Of a stretch of 64,000 nucleotides of DNA, positions 9,830 to 19,038 are shown in pieces. The DNA lies in contig JAFMJV010000009.1 of NCBI GenBank assembly GCA_017853275.1, forward strand, positions 6,787 to 70,786. The letters run 5' to 3'. The notes under the pieces are model-generated. The model saw only the letters and a list, made by a program, of their open reading frames with translations, was not told the origin of the DNA and searched no databases. The translations under genes were made by a program, and so were the position numbers. How positions within the stretch are numbered: the first letter of the stretch is position 1; the number at the start of each line of letters is the position of its first letter. The stretch comes from Chloroflexota bacterium. GTDB taxonomy: Bacteria; Chloroflexota; Limnocylindria; Limnocylindrales; CSP1-4.

Positions 9830-10809
9830 CGGACGGGGACGCGTCCGGCCGGCCGGTGCGTACGCTCTTCCTGGGCAGTGGCACCTTCGCGGTCCCGATC
9901 CTCCGTGCCCTCGCGGAGGCCCCCGAGGTCGCGCTCGTCGCCGTCATCACGGCGCCCCCTCGGCCGGCGGGCCGGACCGGAGACCTGCGGCCGACCCCGG
10001 TGGCGGAGGCGGCATCCCTGCTCGGTCTCCCGGTCCTCACCCCGGGCCGCCTCCGCGAGCCCGTGACCCAGGAGGCGATCGCCGCCCTCGCGCCCGGTCT
10101 GATCGTCCTTGCCGACTACGGGCGGATCGTCCCCGGCGCGCTCCTCGACCTGCCGGCCCACGGGGCGCTCAACCTCCACCCCTCGCTCCTCCCCCGGCAT
10201 CGCGGCGCGACGCCGCTCCCGGCCGCCATCCTCGCGGGTGACACGGAGACGGGGGTGACCCTGATGCGCATGGACGAGGGGGTCGATACCGGCCCGATCG
10301 TCGCGGTGCGCCGGCTCGCGCTCCGCGGTGATGAGCGGGCACCTGCCCTGGAGGCGACGCTCGCCGCGCTCGCGGCGGAGCTCCTCCGGGCCTCCCTCGG
10401 TCCGTGGCTCGCGGGCTCGCTCCCTGCGCGGCCACAGCCGGCGGCCGGGGCCAGCCTCACTCGGCCGCTGCGCAAGGAGGACGCACGGCTCGACCCCGGG
10501 CTCGGGGCGGAGCGGCTCGCCCGGGTCGTGCGTGCCTACGACCCGTGGCCCGGCGCCTGGCTCGAGCTCCCGTCCGGACGGCTCATCGTCCACGAGGCCA
10601 CCGCCGTCCCCGGCGCGCCCACACCGGAAGCACCCCCGGGCACGCTCGTGGCGCACGCTGATGGTGTCGCGCTCGTCACCTCCGCAGGCCTCCTCGTCCT
10701 CGGGTCCGTGCAGCCCGCGGGGAAGCGGCGGATGAGCGGTGCGGAGTGGCGTCGCGGACTCCGTGAGCTGCTCGCGGCGCCGGGGGCCGGAAGCGCGGAT
10801 CGCGGGTAA
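9826..10809 (+). CDS. fmt: methionyl-tRNA formyltransferase
   Basis: Formyltransferase N and C domains, HPSLLPRHRG motif. GTGA overlap with def. Confidence 0.93.
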   Translation: MTDGDASGRPVRTLFLGSGTFAVPILRALAEAPEVALVAVITAPPRPAGRTGDLRPTPVAEAASLLGLPVLTPGRLREPVTQEAIAALAPGLIVLADYGRIVPGALLDLPAHGALNLHPSLLPRHRGATPLPAAILAGDTETGVTLMRMDEGVDTGPIVAVRRLALRGDERAPALEATLAALAAELLRASLGPWLAGSLPARPQPAAGASLTRPLRKEDARLDPGLGAERLARVVRAYDPWPGAWLELPSGRLIVHEATAVPGAPTPEAPPGTLVAHADGVALVTSAGLLVLGSVQPAGKRRMSGAEWRRGLRELLAAPGAGSADRG

Positions 10810-10822
10810 CATCGCCATCCCG

Positions 10823-12046
10823 ATGCCCACGCCGCCCCCGATCCCGGTCCTCCCCGCCAGCCCTGCCGCATCCCCGGCCGCCCGTGCGCGCGACCCGCGC
10901 CCCGGGCTCTCCGGTCTGGACACCGGGGCGCTCGCGGCGTGGATCGCGGAGCGCGGAGCCCCGGCCTTCCGTGCGCGCCAGGTCTCGGACCACCTCTGGT
11001 CGGGCCGGCCGGGGGGCGTGGACGCGCTCCGGACCCTGCCCGCGGAGCTGCGTGCCGCGCTCGATGCCTCGTTCCGGGTGGACACGCTCCCGGAGACGCT
11101 CGTCCGCGAGGCGGACGGGGGGCTGACGGAGAAGGCGCTCCACCACCTCGATGACGGACGGACGATCGAGTCCGTCCTCATGCGCTACCCGGCCCGCGGG
11201 CCGCGCCGGGAGCGGGCGACGATCTGCATCTCGAGCCAGGCCGGCTGCGCGGTGGGCTGTCCCTTCTGCGCCACCGGTGAGCTCGGCTTCTGGCGCGACC
11301 TCGAGGTCGCCGAGATCGTGGACCAGGCGCGCTTCTGGCGGGGACGCCTGGCGCCCGAGGGGCGCCGGGTGACGAACATCGTCTTCATGGGGATGGGGGA
11401 GCCCTTCCTGAACACGGAGCGCGTCCTGCAGGCGGCGGCGATCCTCACCGACCCGGCGGCCTTCGGCCTGGGCGCCCGGCACGTGACGATCAGCACGAGC
11501 GGGGTCGTCCCGGGGATCGCCGCGCTCACCGCGTTCGGCTCCCAGGTCACGCTCGCCGTCTCCCTCCATGCGGCGCGGCCGGCGCTCCGCGATCTCCTCG
11601 TCCCGCTCAACCGGCGCTGGCCGGTGGCGGAGGTCGTGGAGGCCGCCACCGGCTACGCGGAGGCGACCGGGCGCCGGGTGACCTACGAGATCGTGATGAT
11701 CGACGGCATCAACGACACCCCCGCGGATGCCGAGGCGACCGCGACGCTCCTCCGGGGCCGGCTCGCGCACGTGAACCTCATCCCGATGAACCCGGTCGCC
11801 CACACGCCCTGGCAGCCGAGCCCCCGCGAGCGGATCGATGCCTTCGCCGAGACGCTCCGCCGGGTGGGGATCGACACGACGATCCGGCGCAACCGGGGGA
11901 TCGAGATCGGCGCCGCCTGCGGCCAGCTCGCCGCGGAGCTCGCCGGCGCGCCCGCACCCGCCGCCGTGGCCCGCCGCCGCGAGCTCCTCGTCCGGGAGAG
12001 CGCCGCGGCGCTCCTGGATGCCGGCAGCACCGGAACGCCGGCGTGA
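10823..12046 (+). CDS. rlmN: 23S rRNA/tRNA adenine-C2 methyltransferase, radical SAM (RlmN)
   Basis: CAVGCPFC radical-SAM cluster motif and RlmN/Cfr family core. ATG 10823 chosen; ORF-track start 10739 overlaps fmt by 70 nt. Confidence 0.9.
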   Translation: MPTPPPIPVLPASPAASPAARARDPRPGLSGLDTGALAAWIAERGAPAFRARQVSDHLWSGRPGGVDALRTLPAELRAALDASFRVDTLPETLVREADGGLTEKALHHLDDGRTIESVLMRYPARGPRRERATICISSQAGCAVGCPFCATGELGFWRDLEVAEIVDQARFWRGRLAPEGRRVTNIVFMGMGEPFLNTERVLQAAAILTDPAAFGLGARHVTISTSGVVPGIAALTAFGSQVTLAVSLHAARPALRDLLVPLNRRWPVAEVVEAATGYAEATGRRVTYEIVMIDGINDTPADAEATATLLRGRLAHVNLIPMNPVAHTPWQPSPRERIDAFAETLRRVGIDTTIRRNRGIEIGAACGQLAAELAGAPAPAAVARRRELLVRESAAALLDAGSTGTPA

Positions 12047-12789
12047 CCACGGAGCGCGGACCGCAGATCGCGGCGAGCATCCTCACCGCGGACTTCGGGC
12101 ACCTCGACCGGGTCGTGCGGAAGCTCGAGCGGGCGGGGGTGGACCGGCTCCATCTCGACGTGATGGACGGGCACTTCGTCCCGAACCTCACCTTCGGGCC
12201 GGACGTGGTGGCCGCCTTCCGGCGCCTCACGGACCTCCCGCTCGACCTCCACCTGATGGTCGATGAGCCGGACCGCTACCTCGGGCGCTTCCTCGCGTCC
12301 GCTCCGGCCACCGTCACCTTCCATATCGAGGCGGGGGGCGGCCCGGACCCGGTCCGTGCCGTCCTCCGGGCGATCCGCGAGGGGGGCGCGGGCGCCGGGC
12401 TCGCCCTCAACCCGGGGACGCCGATCGAGGCCGCCGCGCCCTTCATCGACGATCTCGACCTCGTCATGGTGATGACGGTCGAGCCGGGCTTCGGGGGCCA
12501 GCGCTTCATCTCCGCGGCCGCGCCGAAGATGCGGGCCGCGGCCGAGCTCTTCGCCGCCGCCGGGCGGGCCGGGACGGTCCACGTGGACGGTGGGGTGAAC
12601 CGGGAGACCGCGGAGCTCGCGGGCGCCTGGGGGGCGGAGGTCTGCGTCGTGGGGTCGGCGCTCTTCCAGCGCGGTCGCGACGCCAGCGATGAGGTGGAGA
12701 TCGTGCGGCAGCGTGCCGCCCGGGGCCGGCTTGCGGGGCCGCCGGCCGGCCCGGTGAACGGGAGCGCCCCGGGAAGGGAGCGGCACTGA
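12043..12789 (+). CDS. rpe: ribulose-phosphate 3-epimerase
   Basis: HLDVMDGHFVPN motif, TIM-barrel epimerase core. GTGA overlap with rlmN. Confidence 0.92.
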   Translation: MTTERGPQIAASILTADFGHLDRVVRKLERAGVDRLHLDVMDGHFVPNLTFGPDVVAAFRRLTDLPLDLHLMVDEPDRYLGRFLASAPATVTFHIEAGGGPDPVRAVLRAIREGGAGAGLALNPGTPIEAAAPFIDDLDLVMVMTVEPGFGGQRFISAAAPKMRAAAELFAAAGRAGTVHVDGGVNRETAELAGAWGAEVCVVGSALFQRGRDASDEVEIVRQRAARGRLAGPPAGPVNGSAPGRERH

Positions 12790-13238
12790 TGCGACTTCTC
12801 CTCCAGCGGGTGACGAGCGCGAGCGTCCGGGTGGACGGTGAGGTCGTGGGGGAGATCGGCGCCGGCCTCCTCGTCCTCGTGGGGATCGGGCACGGGGACG
12901 ACGAGGCCACCGTGCGCGCGCTCGCGGACAAGACGTGCGACCTGCGGATCTTCCGCGACGAGGCGGGGCTCACGAACCGCTCCCTCATCGATGTGGGCGG
13001 CGCGGTCCTCGCGATCAGCCAGTTCACCCTCTACGCCGACACCCGGAAGGGCCGGCGTCCGAGCTTCCTCGGTGCGGCGCCGCCCGCGCTCGGGAACGAG
13101 CTCTACGAGCGCTACGCCGCGGCCGTGGAGGCGCGCGGCGTCCGGGTCGCCCGGGGCGTCTTCGGCGCGGAGATGGCGGTCTCGCTCGTCAATGACGGCC
13201 CGATGACGATCTGGCTCGACAGCGCCGCGGCGGGGTGA
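12789..13238 (+). CDS. dtd: D-aminoacyl-tRNA deacylase
   Basis: 149 aa. SQFTLYAD and NDGP-T motifs. 1-nt overlap with the rpe stop. Confidence 0.92.
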   Translation: MRLLLQRVTSASVRVDGEVVGEIGAGLLVLVGIGHGDDEATVRALADKTCDLRIFRDEAGLTNRSLIDVGGAVLAISQFTLYADTRKGRRPSFLGAAPPALGNELYERYAAAVEARGVRVARGVFGAEMAVSLVNDGPMTIWLDSAAAG

Positions 13239-14101
13239 GGCTGCTCGGGAAGGTCCGCAACCGCCTGGAGCGCGCCCGCCGCCATCGCTGGCGGATGGGC
13301 GCCTGGGCGAGCCCGGAGCGGCACGTCATCATCGGCGGCTGCCCGCGCAGCGGGACGACCCTGCTCCGGCGCACCTTCGACCGCCATCCCGGCCTCTGCT
13401 GCGGGCCGGAATCGAGCCTCTTCCTCCCCGCCCGCATCGCGCTCGCGCCGCTCGCCGCGACCCACGGGATGGACGAGGCCGAGGTCCGGGCGCTGCTCCG
13501 GGAGAGCCGCTCCCAGGCCGCCTTCATCGACGCCTTCGCCGCCCGCTACCGCGCTCTCCGCGGACGGCCGCGCTGGGTGGAGAAGACGCCCCTGAACATC
13601 CGCCAGATCGGCTGGATCCTGGAGCGCTTCCCGGAGGCACGCGTGATCCACGTGATCCGCGATGGCCGGGATGTCGTCTGCTCGCTCCGCGACCACCCGG
13701 ATCGGCGCTGGGTGGACGGGGCGTGGGTGAAGGAGCTCAACCCACGGTCGATCGAGGAGCACGCGCGGCGCTGGGTGGCGGACACCGGTGCCGGGATGGC
13801 CTGGCGGGCCGACCCGCGCGTGCTCGAGGTCCGCTACGAGGATCTCGCCCGCGAGCCCGAGCGCACGCTGCGCCGGGTCCTCGCCTTCCTCGGCGAGCCC
13901 TACGACCCCGCGCTCCTTGCGGCCGAGGAGGGGAGGGAAGCCGCCGCAGGCCCCGGGCGGCCGGACGCGGCGGGGCCGATCGTGACGGGCTCGATCGGGC
14001 GATGGCGGAGCGACCTCAGCCCGGCCGAGCAGGAGGTGGTCCGGCGCGTCGCCGGGCAGCGCCTGATGGAGCTCGGCTACGCGGACGACGGTGCCTGGTG
14101 A
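13235..14101 (+). CDS. PAPS-dependent sulfotransferase family protein (acceptor unknown)
   Basis: 5'-phosphosulfate-binding loop GCPRSGTT and 3'-phosphate-binding motif IRDGRDVVCS. GTGA overlap with dtd. Confidence 0.75.
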   Translation: MRLLGKVRNRLERARRHRWRMGAWASPERHVIIGGCPRSGTTLLRRTFDRHPGLCCGPESSLFLPARIALAPLAATHGMDEAEVRALLRESRSQAAFIDAFAARYRALRGRPRWVEKTPLNIRQIGWILERFPEARVIHVIRDGRDVVCSLRDHPDRRWVDGAWVKELNPRSIEEHARRWVADTGAGMAWRADPRVLEVRYEDLAREPERTLRRVLAFLGEPYDPALLAAEEGREAAAGPGRPDAAGPIVTGSIGRWRSDLSPAEQEVVRRVAGQRLMELGYADDGAW

Positions 14102-14107
14102 TCGCGT

Positions 14108-14124
14108 GCCCGCCGAGGGCGGGC
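14108..14124. terminator. hairpin between the convergent sulfotransferase and rpmB genes
   Basis: GCCCGCC-gag-GGCGGGC, followed by a second short GGGCC/GGCCC stem. No U-tract. Confidence 0.3.
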
Positions 14125-14144
14125 GGGGGCCGCGAGGCCCGGGG

Positions 14145-14339
14145 TCAGGCCGACTTGCGGAGCGTGCGGCGGCAGCGCGTGCAGGCCATCACGGTGACCG
14201 TGGAGCCGGCGCGCTCGACCGCGAGCTTCTGGAGGTTGACCCCATAGCGCCGATGGGCGCGGACGCGGTTCATCCCCACGGACTGCGGGTTGAAGCCGGC
14301 CATCGAGGTCTTGCCGCAGAGGGCGCAGGAACGGGCCAT
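14145..14339 (-). CDS. rpmB: 50S ribosomal protein L28
   Basis: 64 aa. MARSCALCGK..NRVRAHRR..CTRC, typical L28 with zinc-ribbon cysteines. Confidence 0.93.
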   Translation of the reverse strand: MARSCALCGKTSMAGFNPQSVGMNRVRAHRRYGVNLQKLAVERAGSTVTVMACTRCRRTLRKSA

Positions 14340-14404
14340 GGCGTGAAGGATCCCCTCGCTGGGTCGGGTCGGATGCGCCCGGAGCCCGGGCGCGCATGGC
14401 CTCG

Positions 14405-14414
14405 TACGATACCA
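14405..14414. promoter_or_regulatory. TACGATACCA element: TACGAT (+, toward yloV) and extended -10 TGGTATCGT (-, toward rpmB)
   Basis: The only AT-rich element in the rpmB/yloV divergent spacer. An identical 10-mer sits at 44156-44165. Confidence 0.4.
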
Positions 14415-14422
14415 TCCCCGCG

Positions 14423-16114
14423 ATGAGCCTGCGCACCTGCGACGGGTCGGTCCTGCGTCGGGCGGTCTCCGGCTCCCTCGGTCTCCTCCTTCGCCACGCG
14501 GCGGAGGTCGATGCCCTGAACGTCTTCCCCGTCCCGGACGGGGATACCGGGCGGAACATGGCGGCGACGCTCCGGGCTGCGGTCGCGGAGACGGAGCGCG
14601 TCACCGCCGACGGCCGCTCGGCCGGCGCCATCGGTGCGGCGCTCGCCCGGGGAGCCCTCCTCGGCTCGCGCGGGAACAGCGGCGTCATCCTCTCCCAGGT
14701 CCTGCGCGGGATGGCGGACGCGGCGCACGGGAAGCGGCGCGTGGACGGCAGGGATCTGGCGGCGGGTCTCCGTGCCGGCTCGCGGCTCGCGGACGCGTCG
14801 ATCGACCGCCCGGTGGAAGGGACGATCCTGAGCGTGGTGCGTGCGGCGGCGGAGGCTGCGGAGGCCGCCGCGCAGCAGGACCCGGCGGTGGAGCGGGTCC
14901 TCGAGGCGGCCGTGGAGGCTGCCGCTGCTGCGGTCGCCCGGACCCCGGAGCAGCTCCGCGTCCTCGCGGAGGCGGGCGTCGTGGATGCCGGTGGCCGGGG
15001 CTTCGAGCTCATCCTGCGCGGAGCGCTGGCGGCCTTCGCCGAGCTCCCCGATGCGCTCCCGCCCGCTCCGCCCGCCCAGCCCGCCGACCTCCACGCGCTC
15101 GCCGGTGAGGGGGAGGGGAGCGCGTACGGCTACGAGACGGCGTACCTCATCGACGCCCGCCCCGGTCTGCCGCTCGATCTCGCGGCTCTCCGGGCGGAGC
15201 TGGGGTCGCTCGGCGATTCCCTCCTCGTCGTGGGTGACCCCGCCGTGGCGCGGATCCATATCCACGGCGACCGGCCGGACCTCGCGCTCGCGGTCGGGCT
15301 GCGCGCCGGGCGGGTGAGCCGGGTGACGATCGAGAACCTGGACGCGCTCGCGGCCGGCGATCGCGAGGAGCGGGTCGGCGAGCTCCTCGGCGCCGGGGCG
15401 CATGCGGGGGTCGGCATCCTGCCGCCCACGGTCCCCGCGCTCCCGGCGGCTGCACCGGCGCTGGCCGTCGTGGCCGTGGCGGACGGGGACGGCTTCGCCC
15501 GGGTGATCGTGGCTGCCGGCGGGAGCGTCGTGCGGGCCACGGCGGGCCACGAACGGCCTTCCACCGGGGAGCTCCTCGCCGGGGTCCGGGCCACCGGTGC
15601 CGGAACGGTCCTCCTCCTCCCGAACGACCGGAACGTGCGCCTCGCAGCGGAGCAGGTGGTCGCGCTCGCCACGGGCGTGCAGGTCACCGTCATCCCCACC
15701 CGGAACGCCGCCGAGGGGATCGCCGCCCTCCTCGCCTTCGATCCCCGCGCGGAACCCGTGGCGACGGCCGAGCGGATGCGGAATGCCGCGGCCGGGGTGC
15801 GCAGCGCCGCGATCGCGGTCGCCGTCCGGGACGCCCGCGTCAGCGGACGCGAAGTGCGCGCCGGGGAGACGATCGCGCTCGATCCGGACGAGGGCCTCAT
15901 CGCGAGCGGGAGCGATCCGGCGGCCGTCATCCTCGCCGCGAGCCGGGCGATCGCGGCCTCCGCGGAGCTCCTCACCGTCCACTACGGCGCATCGGTCGCG
16001 GTCGAGGAGGCGATCGCCGTGGGAGCCGCGCTCGAGGCGGCCCTCCCCGGCGTCGCGATCGAGGTGTCCCCCGGTGGCCAGGCGCACCACAGCTACCTCC
16101 TCGCCGCGGAGTAG
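14423..16114 (+). CDS. yloV: DAK2 domain-containing protein, YloV family
   Basis: DALNVFPVPDGDTGRNM DAK2 motif plus YloV-type C-terminal domain. The N-terminus MSLRT.DG matches family N-termini, so ATG 14423 is preferred to ORF-track 14396. Confidence 0.88.
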   Translation: MSLRTCDGSVLRRAVSGSLGLLLRHAAEVDALNVFPVPDGDTGRNMAATLRAAVAETERVTADGRSAGAIGAALARGALLGSRGNSGVILSQVLRGMADAAHGKRRVDGRDLAAGLRAGSRLADASIDRPVEGTILSVVRAAAEAAEAAAQQDPAVERVLEAAVEAAAAAVARTPEQLRVLAEAGVVDAGGRGFELILRGALAAFAELPDALPPAPPAQPADLHALAGEGEGSAYGYETAYLIDARPGLPLDLAALRAELGSLGDSLLVVGDPAVARIHIHGDRPDLALAVGLRAGRVSRVTIENLDALAAGDREERVGELLGAGAHAGVGILPPTVPALPAAAPALAVVAVADGDGFARVIVAAGGSVVRATAGHERPSTGELLAGVRATGAGTVLLLPNDRNVRLAAEQVVALATGVQVTVIPTRNAAEGIAALLAFDPRAEPVATAERMRNAAAGVRSAAIAVAVRDARVSGREVRAGETIALDPDEGLIASGSDPAAVILAASRAIAASAELLTVHYGASVAVEEAIAVGAALEAALPGVAIEVSPGGQAHHSYLLAAE

Positions 16115-16118
16115 CGGG

Positions 16119-18461
16119 GTGGCCGACGGGAGCGCGGACGCGCCCACGCCGATGCCGCAGGGCGTGGATCCTCTCGCGACGCCGCTCGCCACGAGCGGGC
16201 TGCCGAGCGGTCGGCGGATCGCGCGGCGCGGGGCGCGTCTCGGCCTCGTCACCGTGGGCGACCTGCTCTTCCACCTCCCCCGGGCACACCGCGACCTGCG
16301 ACGGATCTGCACCGTCGCGGAGCTCGCCCTCGTCCCGGAGAAGGAGCTGGCCACGGCCGCGCTCGAGGTCGTCCGGGTCCTCCCTCCGCGCCGCGGTGGC
16401 CGGGGGATCCCGCGCACGGTCGCGACCCTGCGTGACGCGACGGGGACGATCGACCTCACCTGGTTCGGGGCGGGGCGGTTCATCGAGCGACGCCTCCTCG
16501 TGGGCCAGAGCTACCTCGTGGCCGGCCGGGTCCGGAAGCGCGGCTGGCAGGTGACGCTGGAGAACGCCGAGTTCGGGCCGCTCGAGGGGGAGGGCTCCCT
16601 GCATGTCGGCCGGCTCGTCCCCGTCTACCGTCTCACCCGCGGCCTCGGGGCGCGGGAGCTCCGCCAGGGGGTCCGGGAGGCCCTCGACCGGTACGCGCCG
16701 CTCGTGGAGGACTACCTCACGCCCGAGGAACGTGCGGGGCGGATCGGGCTCGCGGCAGCCCTCGAGCAGGCGCACTTCCCGGCGGACGAGGCGGCGCGCG
16801 CTGCCGCCCTCGACCGCCTCGCCTTCGATGAGCTCCTCGCCCTCCAGGTCGGGATGGTCGCCCGGGGACGCGAGCGGGACCGGATCGCCGTTCCACCCCT
16901 CGCCCTCCCCGAGGCCGGCTGGGAGCGCTGCATCGCCGGGGTGGAGGCGGGGCTTGCGGCGGGCCTCCCGCCCGACGAGGACGGCAGCCGGCCGGAGCGC
17001 GCTCCGCTCACCGCCGATCAGGCTGCGGCTGCGGCGGCGATCCGGTCGGACCTCGCGCGCGGCCGGCCGATGATGCGTCTCCTCCAGGGGGATGTCGGCT
17101 CGGGGAAGACGGCCGTCGCGGCGCTCGCGATGGCGCTCGTCGCGGAGACCGGCGGCCAGTCCGCCCTCCTTGCGCCGACCGACCTCCTCGCGCGCCAGCA
17201 CGCTGCCACGCTCGGGCGGCTCCTCGCGCCGCTCGGCCACGACGTCGTCCTCGTGAGCGCGGCGGAGAAGCCCGCGGCACGTCGCGAGGCGGCGAGCCTC
17301 GCCGCGGCCCCGGTGCCGGCAGGGACGGGTGGGACGACCCGCGGGCTCTGCTTCGTGGGGACCCACGCGCTCCTCGGCGAGGCGCTCGCCTTCGCCGACC
17401 TCCGGCTCGCGATCGTGGACGAGCAGCACCGCTTCGGGGTGGAGGACCGGGACGCCCTGGAGGCGAAGGGGCTCCGGCCGCACCTCCTCCTCATGACCGC
17501 CACCCCGATCCCGCGCACCCTGGGGCAGATCCTCCACGCCGACCTCGACGTGTCGGACCTGCGTGCCGCCCCGTCGGGCCGGCAGCGGACGGTGACCGCG
17601 GTCCGCGCCCCGGACGAGCTCGTCCGGCGCCGTGACGGCCAGGCGGGAGCGCTCGTCCACCTCGCGCGCGAGGTCGCCGCGGGCCGCCGCGGCTTCGTCA
17701 TCGCGCCGCTCGTCCACCCTCCGGAGCCGGATCCCGACCTGCCGCCGCCCCCGGGGCCACCCCCGACCGATCTGGGCGCCGCGGTCGCGCTCCTCGAGCG
17801 CTCCTGGCCGGAGGCCTGCCGGCTCGCGGGGGTCGGAGCGCTCCCGCTGCGCCTCGCGGTCGTCCACGGGCAGATGAAGGCGGCGGACCGGGACCGGGAG
17901 ATGGCGCGTTTCCGGGATGGCGAGATCGACATCGTCGCAGGGACGACCGTCCTCGAGGTCGGCGTCGACGTCCCGCTCGCGACGGTGATCGTCATCCTCG
18001 ATGCCGAGCGCTTCGGGATCGCCCAGCTTCACCAGCTGCGCGGCCGGGTCGGGCGTGGCCGTGACCGCGGTGGCTGCGTCCTCGTCTCGGCCGCCTACCC
18101 GGACCCCTCCGCGCGCGACGATGCGCTCGATGCCGCCGCGCTCTCGGTGCGGCGCCGGCTCGATGCCCTCCGGGAGAGCACGGACGGCTTCGCGCTCGCG
18201 GAGCTCGACCTGGAGCTGCGCGGCGAAGGGCGTCTTCTCGGGCTCGAGCAGAGCGGCCTGCCACCGCTGCGCGTGGCGACCCTCGGCGACCCCCGCCACC
18301 GGAAGGCCTCGACCGAGGCCCGCGGGGTCGCGGAGCGGATCGTCGATCCGCACGGGCGGGTCGATGTCGCGCACGCCGGCCTCGCGCGGGCGCTCGCCGG
18401 GGGCTGGCTGCGCCGGGTCGGGGCCGGTGACGTGGTGGCCGGGGAGGAGCTCGATGCCTGA
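16119..18461 (+). CDS. recG: ATP-dependent DNA helicase RecG
   Basis: Wedge/OB N-terminus, GDVGSGKT, DEQHRFG, SF2 helicase C domain. Start GTG 16119 follows the yloV stop directly; ATG 16152 is an alternative. The ORF-track 15597 extension overlaps yloV. Confidence 0.9.
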   Translation: MADGSADAPTPMPQGVDPLATPLATSGLPSGRRIARRGARLGLVTVGDLLFHLPRAHRDLRRICTVAELALVPEKELATAALEVVRVLPPRRGGRGIPRTVATLRDATGTIDLTWFGAGRFIERRLLVGQSYLVAGRVRKRGWQVTLENAEFGPLEGEGSLHVGRLVPVYRLTRGLGARELRQGVREALDRYAPLVEDYLTPEERAGRIGLAAALEQAHFPADEAARAAALDRLAFDELLALQVGMVARGRERDRIAVPPLALPEAGWERCIAGVEAGLAAGLPPDEDGSRPERAPLTADQAAAAAAIRSDLARGRPMMRLLQGDVGSGKTAVAALAMALVAETGGQSALLAPTDLLARQHAATLGRLLAPLGHDVVLVSAAEKPAARREAASLAAAPVPAGTGGTTRGLCFVGTHALLGEALAFADLRLAIVDEQHRFGVEDRDALEAKGLRPHLLLMTATPIPRTLGQILHADLDVSDLRAAPSGRQRTVTAVRAPDELVRRRDGQAGALVHLAREVAAGRRGFVIAPLVHPPEPDPDLPPPPGPPPTDLGAAVALLERSWPEACRLAGVGALPLRLAVVHGQMKAADRDREMARFRDGEIDIVAGTTVLEVGVDVPLATVIVILDAERFGIAQLHQLRGRVGRGRDRGGCVLVSAAYPDPSARDDALDAAALSVRRRLDALRESTDGFALAELDLELRGEGRLLGLEQSGLPPLRVATLGDPRHRKASTEARGVAERIVDPHGRVDVAHAGLARALAGGWLRRVGAGDVVAGEELDA

Positions 18462-19038
18462 GGCCGGCCGGGTGATCACCGGAAGCGCCGGTGGGATCCG
18501 CCTTCTCGCGCCGGGGGAGGGGACCCGTCCCTTCGCGGACCGCGTGAAGCAGGCGCTCTTCGCCTCGCTCGAGGCAGCTGCGGAGGTGCCGTGGTCCACG
18601 CCGGTCCTCGATCTCTTCGCCGGGAGCGGGGCCGCCGGGATCGAGGCGCTCAGCCGCGGGGCGCCGGTGGCGATCTTCGTGGAGGACGACGCGGGAGCGG
18701 CCCGGACGATCGCGGAGAACCTGCGCCGGACGCGACTCGCAGGGGGGCGGGTCGTGCGGCAGGACGCGCTCCGGTTCCTGGACGCGGGGTGTGCGCCGGA
18801 GGGTCCCTTCGGGCTCGCGATCGCCGATCCGCCCTACGCGGAGACCGCGCTCCTGATCGGGTCGCTCGAGCGCCTCGGCGATGCGCGCCTCGGGTGGCTG
18901 CGCGATGATGCGGTCGTGATCGCCAAGCATTTCTGGAAGAGCGAGCCGCCCGAGAGCGCCGGCCGCCTGCGCCGCGTGCGCGTCCGCCGCTTCGGGGAGA
19001 CGGCGCTCAGCGAGTACCGGATCGCGGGGCAGGGATGA
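18454..19038 (+). CDS. rsmD: 16S rRNA (guanine966-N2)-methyltransferase
   Basis: DLFAGSGAAGIEALSRGA SAM motif and DPPY. ATG 18454 overlaps the recG end. Confidence 0.88.
   Translation: MPEAGRVITGSAGGIRLLAPGEGTRPFADRVKQALFASLEAAAEVPWSTPVLDLFAGSGAAGIEALSRGAPVAIFVEDDAGAARTIAENLRRTRLAGGRVVRQDALRFLDAGCAPEGPFGLAIADPPYAETALLIGSLERLGDARLGWLRDDAVVIAKHFWKSEPPESAGRLRRVRVRRFGETALSEYRIAGQG

Noticed and set aside
15597-16118. N-terminal extensions offered by the ORF track: recG from 15597, proS from 43847, dxr from 39176, ffh from 27926, rpsB from 34990, rplS from 32875, ispG from 41682
   Set aside because: The extensions overlap well-supported upstream genes and translate to low-complexity sequence. Family N-termini and SD or overlap signals support the shorter starts listed in the features.
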